Shown here one piece after another: positions 1 through 6,359 of a stretch of DNA of 32,343 nucleotides (its first letter is position 1; each line of letters starts with the position of its first letter). Source of the DNA: a bacterium (GTDB lineage: Bacteria; Patescibacteriota; Minisyncoccia; Phycocordibacterales; Phycocordibacteraceae). The stretch covers positions 1-32,343 of the forward strand of contig JAKAKH010000003.1 in the NCBI GenBank assembly GCA_021824605.1. The letters run 5' to 3'. Made by a program: the position numbers and the translations under genes. The notes below the pieces were generated by a model. It saw only the letters and a list, made by a program, of their open reading frames with translations. It had not been told where the DNA came from and made no database searches.

Positions 1-14
1 TAACTGGGTGCCGC

Positions 15-176
15 TCAGCGAACGCCGAAGGCCTGGTTCCAGTCGGTACCGAGTGCCATCGCGACCACGATGATCGCGAAAGCCAGAACGAGAGCGATGT
101 GGTTCCGGGTAATTTTCCCGATAACCTTCTTGTTCCACCAGTTGTCCACCGGGGCGTAATTGCGTTTCGAGCTCAT
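15..176 (-). CDS. Small single-TM membrane protein (53 aa; MSSKRNYAPVDNWWNKKVIGKITRNHIALVLAFAIIVVAMALGTDWNQAFGVR), not in ORF track
   Basis: ATG at 176 preceded by GGTGAGGAG SD; TGA at 15-17; basic N-terminus followed by one hydrophobic helix; second gene downstream of the 332-360 promoter. Confidence 0.65.
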   Translation of the reverse strand: MSSKRNYAPVDNWWNKKVIGKITRNHIALVLAFAIIVVAMALGTDWNQAFGVR

Positions 177-193
177 TTTTTCTCCTCACCCCT

Positions 194-304
194 CTAAAAG
201 AGAGAGGCAATGTGGTTAAAGATGTCTTCCCAGTTTTTCACGGCGGGCGTGATAAACAAGAGGAGGATGCCGACATTCAACGCAAATTCCTTCAGGCTTC
301 TCAT
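194..304 (-). CDS. Very small hydrophobic protein (36 aa; MRSLKEFALNVGILLLFITPAVKNWEDIFNHIASLF)
   Basis: ATG at 304 with GGAG 5 nt upstream; lies directly downstream of a near-consensus sigma70 promoter; 3' part of the 194..487 ORF. Confidence 0.55.
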   Translation of the reverse strand: MRSLKEFALNVGILLLFITPAVKNWEDIFNHIASLF

Positions 305-331
305 CGGGTCTCCAAAGATCAAGCCAAACAC

Positions 332-360
332 AGCATAGCATCTTTGTTTATAAAAGTCAA
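332..360 (-). promoter_or_regulatory. sigma70-type promoter for the two small ORFs
   Basis: Minus strand reads TTGACT-17 nt-TATGCT with extended -10 TG. Confidence 0.7.
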
Positions 361-393
361 TAGCTCCTAAAATGCGGTGTATACTGGCTCTAT

Positions 394-927
394 ATGCTCT
401 ATACCGGCAAGGGAGATGGGGGAACGACGACCGCTTTTGGCTGCGATCAACAGCGGATCTCCAAGTCGTCTGAACTGCCTGAGGCACTCGGGGCGCTCGA
501 TGAACTCAATGCTTTCCTGGGGTTTGTGAAGATGCGCGCTCACGGGGAAGTACGTATTGCGCCTCTTCTGCGTGAAGTGCAGGAGACTCTTTTTGTCATC
601 CAAGCGGCAGTAGCTGGCGCCGAGAAGCGGGTAGAGGAGGGAGCGGTGAAGCGTCTCGAAGAGCTGACCAATGCTATCGAGCAAGAAATCCCGCCACTAA
701 AGGGGTTCTCAATTGCAGGGGGAACAGAGCTTTCAGCACTCCTCGATGTGGCTCGAACATTTGCGCGTCGAGCAGAGCGCCGGCTCATTGCTGCGGAGGA
801 GGTGCAAGCTTGCTCGCTTTCGGGAGAGCTAAAAGCGTATATGAATCGCCTCTCTTCGCTTCTCTTTGCGCTCGCACGTCTCGCAAATCATCTCGCGGGC
901 GTCGCTGAAGAGAATCCGCGGTACTGA
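394..927 (+). CDS. pduO: ATP:cob(I)alamin adenosyltransferase, PduO/MMAB type
   Basis: N-terminal YTGKGDGGTT, G.LDELNAFLG, ARTFARRAERR and YMNRLSSLLF motifs; 177 aa. Confidence 0.9.
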   Translation: MLYTGKGDGGTTTAFGCDQQRISKSSELPEALGALDELNAFLGFVKMRAHGEVRIAPLLREVQETLFVIQAAVAGAEKRVEEGAVKRLEELTNAIEQEIPPLKGFSIAGGTELSALLDVARTFARRAERRLIAAEEVQACSLSGELKAYMNRLSSLLFALARLANHLAGVAEENPRY

Positions 928-972
928 AGTTAGAAAAAAATGATATCTGTGCTATAACCTAAGGGTGTTCAT

Positions 973-1045
973 GGCGACTATGGTGTAATGGTTAACACTG
1001 GAGCTTGTGGAGCTCTCGATCAGGGTTCGATTCCCTGTAGTCGCC
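973..1045 (+). tRNA. tRNA-His(GTG), G-1 encoded, CCA not encoded
   Basis: Acceptor GCGACTA/TAGTCGC with G-1:C73; D-stem GTGT/ACAC; anticodon stem GGAGC/GCTCT around TTGTGGA; T-arm CAGGG-TTCGATT-CCCTG. Confidence 0.95.
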
Positions 1046-1214
1046 CTCGAAGAGTCCTCGATTACGAGGGCGCCTAAGCGAGGCGCCTGCGCGCCTCGCG
1101 GCAGGGAATCGAAAGCCGGAGCATGTTTTGTTTCTGAACGAAACAGCGAGGTGGGGTCGCGCATACTTATGAGCGAAGCGAATTAGTAAGGCGTGACCGA
1201 TCCCTGTAGTCGCC
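1046..1214 (+). repeat. Structured tRNA-3'-associated element ending in a 14 bp direct repeat of the tRNA 3' end
   Basis: TCCCTGTAGTCGCC at 1032-1045 and 1201-1214; CAGGGAATCGAA (1102-1113) is the reverse complement of the T-loop and T-stem 3' strand; several internal hairpins. Confidence 0.8.
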
Positions 1215-1270
1215 AACAGATGAGTTGTATATTCATCTCTTTTTCATTTATCGAGTGAGACACTACGAGT

Positions 1271-1594
1271 ATGAATACATTTCCTACGGGAGGATTTATT
1301 ACGATTATCATTATCGTTGTTGCGGTGCTCGGTGCGTGGTATTGGATGGCGACGAAGACCTCGTCTCCCATGACGCTTGCACAGGCGGTAGCTGTAGCGC
1401 AGGGAAGTGAGTGTTCGGTGAAGGGAACGTTGCTTGGTACCGGTACATACAATCAAAACAGCGAAACGTGGTGGCTCGATTTCATTCCGAAGAGTAACTA
1501 TGTTGTGTCGGGATGCAATCCTGCCTGTGTGGTGTATACGGCTTCAAGCAGTGCTGAGATAAATTGGCGATGCACCGGACTCGTCCAGCCTTAA
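1271..1594 (+). CDS. Small membrane-anchored/secreted Cys-rich hypothetical protein
   Basis: N-terminal TM helix, then four Cys including GCNPACVV...EINWRCTG; 107 aa. Confidence 0.8.
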   Translation: MNTFPTGGFITIIIIVVAVLGAWYWMATKTSSPMTLAQAVAVAQGSECSVKGTLLGTGTYNQNSETWWLDFIPKSNYVVSGCNPACVVYTASSSAEINWRCTGLVQP

Positions 1595-1650
1595 GAGCGA
1601 GTGGCGGTTGCTCGGATTGATGAGAAGGTCGTGCGTGATAGAATTCCCCT

Positions 1651-2304
1651 ATGAAAGGTCTCTTGTTGGGCGTGGTACTCATTGTGCTTATTGGGATCGG
1701 GGGCTTGGTGTATCGCAATGCGGCAGAACACCCCTCCCAGCCGATCGCGTGCCCGATGGATGCACTCGTGTGTCCGGACGGTACTTCGGTTTCTCGGACA
1801 GGAATATCGTGCACATTCCCGGCGTGTCCTCCGCCGAATGTGTCGTTCCCAGACAGCAATATCGCTTTTGCGGTGCCTGCAGGGTTTGTGCCCGCAGAGG
1901 TTCCTGATGCAGCGAGTGTTGTGGCGTACAGCCTTTCGACTGCATCAACCTCTGCGACAACTACCACCGCCACTCTTGTGCTGCGGCGATATGCGATCAC
2001 TGCGTCGTCGACACCGCTCGCAACGATTGAACAAACGGCAGTGAATGGTGCCTCGGGACTCCCTATCAGTGCCACGTCGTTTACCTCAACTGTACTTAAT
2101 AATCGTCGCTTCACCGTTGTTACCGTCGAGCGTTTTGAAGGAGTCATTGATACGGCCTACTATCTCACGCACGGTACCGAGGTACTTCGTTTTGATGCTA
2201 TCGATACGAATGTGACGAACTGGACTGACGCGAATCTTGATTTCTCAACACTTCCCGCGCATGCGGCGCTTCAGAAATTGCTCATAACTCTGCAGGGGCA
2301 GTAG
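1651..2304 (+). CDS. Membrane-anchored protein with a CxxDxxxCPDGxxVxRxxxxCxFxxCP Cys motif
   Basis: N-terminal TM; ACPMDALVCPDGTSVSRTGISCTFPACP; TGnTAGAAT-6 nt-ATG start context. Confidence 0.85.
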   Translation: MKGLLLGVVLIVLIGIGGLVYRNAAEHPSQPIACPMDALVCPDGTSVSRTGISCTFPACPPPNVSFPDSNIAFAVPAGFVPAEVPDAASVVAYSLSTASTSATTTTATLVLRRYAITASSTPLATIEQTAVNGASGLPISATSFTSTVLNNRRFTVVTVERFEGVIDTAYYLTHGTEVLRFDAIDTNVTNWTDANLDFSTLPAHAALQKLLITLQGQ

Positions 2305-2383
2305 GCACAAAGTGCACGCAGTTCATCGTGGGTGCATCGGTATAGTGGTACACTAAAGGAGTTATCACCTAACCTATTTTCGT

Positions 2384-3190
2384 ATGGATAAAGGAACTCT
2401 CTCTGAGATATATGGCAATGTAGGTGTCCGTATTGGTATTGTCGGGGTGTGTGCTATTCTCGCGCTCTTCTTGCTTGTGGAGACCATGAGCGTCGCAAGA
2501 AATCTCGGTCGTTCGAGTACACCCGCCACCGACACGATTACGGTACAGGGGTCTGGACAGGCAACGGTACCGCCAGACGTCGCACGTATATCGTTCACGG
2601 TACAGAATGCTGCTGCAACCGTTGCCGGGGCGCAAGCTGCGACGACGAAGCAGGCCAATGCTGCGCTCGAGTATGTGAAAGGGCAGGGTATTGCGGAGAA
2701 GGATGTGAAGACCCTTTCCTACAATATTTCACCGCAGTACTCGTACCCGAATCCATGTACGGGCGCACTCTGTCCGACACATATTGGTACGCCGAAGATT
2801 ACTGGCTATGAAGTATCAGAAACAGTACAGGTGACTGTTCGGGCACTTTCTTCAGTTGGCACGATCTTAAATGGGCTCGGTTCGCTTGGTGTACAGAACA
2901 TTCAAGGTCCTGCGTTTGCACTTGATGACCCTGTTGCCGGATATGATGCAGCTCGCTCTGATGCGATAGAGAAGGCCAAGATGCAAGCAATGCTGCTTGA
3001 GAATCAGCTTGGCGTTCATCTCGGGAAGATCGTGAATTTCAGCGAATCGTCCGGTTCCTACGGTATGTTCTACGGCTATGGTGCCGGAGCGTCTGTCTCT
3101 AAGATGGACGCGACAGCGCCGGCACCAAACATCCCGACAGGGGAGAATACCTATACGGCGTCGGTTTCGATCACGTACGAAATTCGCTAA
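2384..3190 (+). CDS. SIMPL (DUF541/BP26-like) domain protein
   Basis: N-terminal TM; TITVQGSGQATVPPDVARISFTV, ARSDAIEKAK.QA..L...LGV.LG.I and C-terminal ASVSITYEI typical of SIMPL. Confidence 0.88.
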   Translation: MDKGTLSEIYGNVGVRIGIVGVCAILALFLLVETMSVARNLGRSSTPATDTITVQGSGQATVPPDVARISFTVQNAAATVAGAQAATTKQANAALEYVKGQGIAEKDVKTLSYNISPQYSYPNPCTGALCPTHIGTPKITGYEVSETVQVTVRALSSVGTILNGLGSLGVQNIQGPAFALDDPVAGYDAARSDAIEKAKMQAMLLENQLGVHLGKIVNFSESSGSYGMFYGYGAGASVSKMDATAPAPNIPTGENTYTASVSITYEIR

Positions 3191-3219
3191 TTGACGGGTA
3201 GGCAGGGCGGTGGTATGCT
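3191..3219 (+). promoter_or_regulatory. sigma70-type promoter upstream of secE
   Basis: TTGACG-17 nt-TATGCT with extended -10 TG. Confidence 0.7.
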
Positions 3220-3230
3220 CTCAGTATTAG

Positions 3231-3254
3231 AGAGCCCGCAGGGCTTTTTTATTT
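3231..3254 (+). terminator. Short terminator-like hairpin plus U-tract between the promoter and secE
   Basis: AGAGCCC-GCA-GGGCTTT followed by TTTATTT. Confidence 0.55.
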
Positions 3255-3271
3255 ACAGAACACATTCGTCT

Positions 3272-3457
3272 ATGATTTCACCGATCACCTATTTGAGGCA
3301 TGTTCGCGAAGAGTTCACGCACATCGTTTGGCCGAGCAATCGGACAGCCATCGCTCATACGCTTGTTGTCGTCCTTATCGCTGCTGCAATAGCGCTCTTC
3401 GTCGGATTGCTTGACTACGTGTTTGGGTCGGTCGTGAATCATATTATTGGCGGCTAA
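3272..3457 (+). CDS. secE: Preprotein translocase subunit SecE
   Basis: YLRHVREEFTHIVWPS motif (E..KV.WP-like), single TM, directly upstream of nusG; start moved to ATG 3272. Confidence 0.93.
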   Translation: MISPITYLRHVREEFTHIVWPSNRTAIAHTLVVVLIAAAIALFVGLLDYVFGSVVNHIIGG

Positions 3458-3468
3458 CGTACTCGCGT

Positions 3469-4104
3469 ATGGATGAACAGTTGCATAGCGGAGAAATGGA
3501 TTTGCCTGAGGAGATCGGTATGGCCGACATCGCGCCGACGGTGCGGAAAGAGATCCGTGACGAAGTCACTCCAAAGCCAGAAGACGCACGGTGGTACACC
3601 ATTCACACCTACGCTGGCTATGAGAATGCCGTCGAACGTAACCTCAAACAGCGTATTGAGTCGCTCGGCATGGAAGGGAAGATTTTCGAGGTGATTGTTC
3701 CCACAGAGAAGAAGATTCGCGTAAAAGGCGGAAAGCGAATTGTCGAAGAGGAGAAGATTTATCCTGGCTACATCCTTGTTCGGATGATTGTCGACGACGA
3801 CTCGTGGTTTGTGGTGCGCAATACGCCACGCGTGACCGGCTTTGTCGGCGCCGGGAACACGCCGGTTCCTATGGAGGAGTCTGAGGTCGCGCTTCTTATG
3901 AAGCGTATGACCGCGGAGGCACCGAAGCACCGTATTGACCTCGTCAAGGATGATCAGATTATTATCGCCGATGGTCCGTTCAAGGACCTTGAGGGGAAAG
4001 TAGGCGAGATCGACGAAGATCGCGGGAAGGTCAAAGTCATGGTTTCGATGTTCGGTCGCGAGACGCCGGTCGAACTCGACTTTTTGCAAATCAGGAAGTT
4101 ATAG
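3469..4104 (+). CDS. nusG: Transcription termination/antitermination factor NusG
   Basis: WYTIHTYAGYE, YPGYILV, VRNTPRVTGFVG, KOW motif GPFKDLEG and MFGRETPVELDF. Confidence 0.97.
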   Translation: MDEQLHSGEMDLPEEIGMADIAPTVRKEIRDEVTPKPEDARWYTIHTYAGYENAVERNLKQRIESLGMEGKIFEVIVPTEKKIRVKGGKRIVEEEKIYPGYILVRMIVDDDSWFVVRNTPRVTGFVGAGNTPVPMEESEVALLMKRMTAEAPKHRIDLVKDDQIIIADGPFKDLEGKVGEIDEDRGKVKVMVSMFGRETPVELDFLQIRKL

Positions 4105-4121
4105 CGTAAAGTCCTTATATT

Positions 4122-4544
4122 ATGGCTCAAGTAGTAAAAAAGATAAAACTTCAAATCCCTGGCGGGAAGGCGACCCCAGCACCTCCTGTGGGTACGGCGC
4201 TCGGCCCAGCTGGCGTGAACATTAGTCAGTTCGTGACGCAGTTTAACGACGCGACACGAGACAAGATGGGAACGATTATTCCAGTCGAGCTTTCGGTCTT
4301 CGATGATCGTACGTTCACGTTCATTATGAAGAATCCGCCGGCATCGCGGCTGATTTTGAAAGCACTTGGTATCGAGAAGGGCTCGAGCAAGTCTCAGAAG
4401 GAGCGTGCGGTCGGCACTCTCACGAAGGCGCATATCGATGCCATCGTCGCAGAGAAAATGCCCGACTTGAACGCAAATTCGCCCGAGGCAGCGGCGCGAC
4501 TTATCGCCGGTACGGCGCAGTCGATGGGAATTGCTGTTGAATAA
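4122..4544 (+). CDS. rplK: 50S ribosomal protein L11 (uL11)
   Basis: [26 protein letters not shown] and [10 protein letters not shown] motifs. Confidence 0.97.
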   Translation: MAQVVKKIKLQIPGGKATPAPPVGTALGPAGVNISQFVTQFNDATRDKMGTIIPVELSVFDDRTFTFIMKNPPASRLILKALGIEKGSSKSQKERAVGTLTKAHIDAIVAEKMPDLNANSPEAAARLIAGTAQSMGIAVE

Positions 4545-4551
4545 AAACGAC

Positions 4552-4600
4552 AATCGACCGAAGCGCGACGGCGCGAGGTGAGGCCGAGAGATTTCAGAAA
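4552..4600 (+). repeat. Degenerate, truncated relative of the tRNA-associated element
   Basis: AATCGA-CCGAAGC-spacer-GCGAGGTGAGGCCGAG matches AATCGA-aag-CCGGAGC-spacer-GCGAGGTGGGGTCGCG at 1107-1161 in order and orientation. Confidence 0.55.
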
Positions 4601-4602
4601 AG

Positions 4603-4636
4603 AAAAACGGCACCCGCAAGGGTGCCGTTTTCGTTT
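4603..4636. terminator. Bidirectional intrinsic terminator between convergent rplK and folA
   Basis: AAAACGGCACCC-GCAA-GGGTGCCGTTTT; GNRA loop with A/T tracts on both sides. Confidence 0.88.
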
Positions 4637-4649
4637 CCCACACAGCCTT

Positions 4650-5168
4650 TCACTTGCGTGTGAAGGTGTGGAATGAAACGGGGTAGTCGTCGTTTGGGTG
4701 CGGTGGCTCGTCCGGCTCGTCCTTGCGGCTCCAGCCAGACGGGTCTAGCTCCGGGAAATGAGCATCGCCGTCAATCGAAGCATGGACTCTTGTGAAGTAG
4801 ATCTTCTGAAGGCGCGGGAGAAATAGCCGATAGACCTCGGTACCGCCGATGACGAAGATCTCAGCGGAACCGTCGCTGTGCATCGCTCCCCAGAGAGCCT
4901 CCTCGAGGGAGTAGGCCGTTATGGCCCCGTGAGTGGTGTAGTCTGGTTGGCGCGTGAGGACGATGTTCGTGCGTCCTGGGAGTGGTCGAAACTTCTCCGG
5001 TATCGATTCCCAGTTTCTGCGTCCCATGATCACGGGATGTCCATTCGTAACTCGCTTGAATCTCTGCAGGTCGCTTGGAATGCGCCAAGGAAGTGTGTTG
5101 TCACGCCCAATGACCCCATTCTCTGCGACCGCCACGATTGCGGAAAGAACTTGCTCTGATTGTTGCAT
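4650..5168 (-). CDS. folA: Dihydrofolate reductase
   Basis: IVAVAENGVIG, LPWRIPSD, IMGRRNWESI, RPLPGRTNIVLT, IGGTEVY and GDAHFP; start set to ATG 5168 (AGGAG SD upstream). Confidence 0.96.
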   Translation of the reverse strand: MQQSEQVLSAIVAVAENGVIGRDNTLPWRIPSDLQRFKRVTNGHPVIMGRRNWESIPEKFRPLPGRTNIVLTRQPDYTTHGAITAYSLEEALWGAMHSDGSAEIFVIGGTEVYRLFLPRLQKIYFTRVHASIDGDAHFPELDPSGWSRKDEPDEPPHPNDDYPVSFHTFTRK

Positions 5169-5196
5169 CACTGTTCTCCTGTGGAATGCCTGACGC

Positions 5197-5225
5197 ATTC
5201 TTCCGTAATAGTAGGGTGCTGTCAA
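5197..5225 (-). promoter_or_regulatory. Promoter for folA
   Basis: Minus strand TTGACA-17 nt-AAGAAT; back-to-back with the thyA promoter. Confidence 0.55.
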
Positions 5226-5227
5226 TC

Positions 5228-5256
5228 TTGTGCCGCTCCTGCTTCGCGCGTAGAGT
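5228..5256 (+). promoter_or_regulatory. Promoter for thyA
   Basis: TTGTGC-17 nt-TAGAGT. Confidence 0.5.
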
Positions 5257-5303
5257 GCATCTCGGACTCTTTTCAACAACCCTCAACCTCGAGGAGATGG
5301 ACA

Positions 5304-6227
5304 ATGGGCAAGAAAATCGTGCCTGATTTGGGTAATTGGGATGGCAATCCCAATGAACACATGTATCTCGGTGCACTGTTCAGTTCACTGGGACATGGTG
5401 ATGTGCGCAAGACGCGGAATGGCTACACGCGGGCGATCTTTGCCGAGCAAGTCGGTTTTGATATGAGTTGTGGGTTTCCAGCGCTGTCAACGAAGCAGCT
5501 TGCATTCAAATCGGTGGTGGCGGAACTCCTGTGGTTCATCGCGGCGGGTAAAGACTCGCCGATTCCGTACCGTTTGTCTATCGGCCGGCTCAATCAGCTG
5601 ATGGGGCTTCCCGAAGACGCGCGTAACCCCCTATGGTCTCACGACCAGGAGCGGTTCGCGGCGGGCGGCAAGGCGCGCTTTCCGGGCGATTGCGGTGTGA
5701 TCTATGGTTCGCAATGGCGCAACTGGAATGGCGAAGGGAAGGACCAGTTGGCGGAGGTGATTGCGACCCTCAAGAAAGACCCATTCAGTCGGTATCACGT
5801 CGTCACGGCGTGGAATCCGTCGAAGCTCAGCGATATGTGCCTGGCGCCCTGTCACATGAAGATGCAATTCTTCGCGGCGCATTCTCGGCGACAAGATGGC
5901 AGGATGTACCTTTCTCTCTCAATGGATCAACGTTCGTGCGACATGTTCCTCGGCGTGCCATTCAATATCGCGTCGTATGCGCTTCTGCTCCATATGGTCG
6001 CGCAATGCGTCGATATGGTTCCGGCCAGGCTCGTCATCACGCTGAACGATTGTCATGTCTACAGCAAGCACTTGAAGCAGGTGCGAATGCAGCTCGGGCG
6101 GGGCACTCTTCCGCCGCCGAGGCTGTGGCTCAATCCTGTTGTCAAGAATATCGATGACTTCAGCATGGACGATGTGAAGCTGGTCGACTATAAGCATCAA
6201 GGGCGCATCAAGGCGCCACTGCTCTAG
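5304..6227 (+). CDS. thyA: Thymidylate synthase (classical ThyA)
   Basis: ELLWF, YGSQWR, AWNP, catalytic LAPCH, QRSCDMFLGVPFNIASYA and DCHVY; GAGGAG SD before ATG 5304. Confidence 0.95.
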   Translation: MGKKIVPDLGNWDGNPNEHMYLGALFSSLGHGDVRKTRNGYTRAIFAEQVGFDMSCGFPALSTKQLAFKSVVAELLWFIAAGKDSPIPYRLSIGRLNQLMGLPEDARNPLWSHDQERFAAGGKARFPGDCGVIYGSQWRNWNGEGKDQLAEVIATLKKDPFSRYHVVTAWNPSKLSDMCLAPCHMKMQFFAAHSRRQDGRMYLSLSMDQRSCDMFLGVPFNIASYALLLHMVAQCVDMVPARLVITLNDCHVYSKHLKQVRMQLGRGTLPPPRLWLNPVVKNIDDFSMDDVKLVDYKHQGRIKAPLL

Positions 6228-6245
6228 AGCAAGGAGCGAGAATTC

Positions 6246-6272
6246 AGCGACGGTTTCGGCCGTCGCTTTTTT
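6246..6272 (+). terminator. Intrinsic terminator after thyA
   Basis: AGCGACGGT-TTCG-GCCGTCGCT followed by T run. Confidence 0.88.
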
Positions 6273-6281
6273 ATGCGCAGG

Positions 6282-6310
6282 TTGCTTTTTATATGTCCGC
6301 CACGTAGAGT
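6282..6310 (+). promoter_or_regulatory. Promoter for dcd
   Basis: TTGCTT-17 nt-TAGAGT; same CGTAGAGT -10 context as the thyA promoter. Confidence 0.55.
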
Positions 6311-6359
6311 CTTCGTGGGCTGTTCCACTCAGATTCAACCAACGGAAAGGAGAATCATC

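Noticed and set aside
1032-1214. Prophage or genomic island integrated at tRNA-His
   Set aside because: The direct repeats enclose only about 155 nt, and no integrase or cargo gene is present. Kept only as a miniature element.
3454-4643. Long antisense ORFs over nusG and rplK, and similar shadow ORFs throughout (e.g. 1482..2147, 5919..6566, 11747..12331, 28500..29057)
   Set aside because: They overlap well-supported genes on the opposite strand, show no recognisable motifs, and are expected at this GC content.
5304-6227. ThyA as a phage-like base-modifying hydroxymethylase (it has an insertion after ELLWF and SRY in place of SRR)
   Set aside because: The dUMP-specifying Asn (PFN), catalytic Cys and the other motifs are intact, it is paired with DHFR and Tmk, and no glycosyltransferase or phage gene is nearby. 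Ordinary dTMP synthesis explains it.
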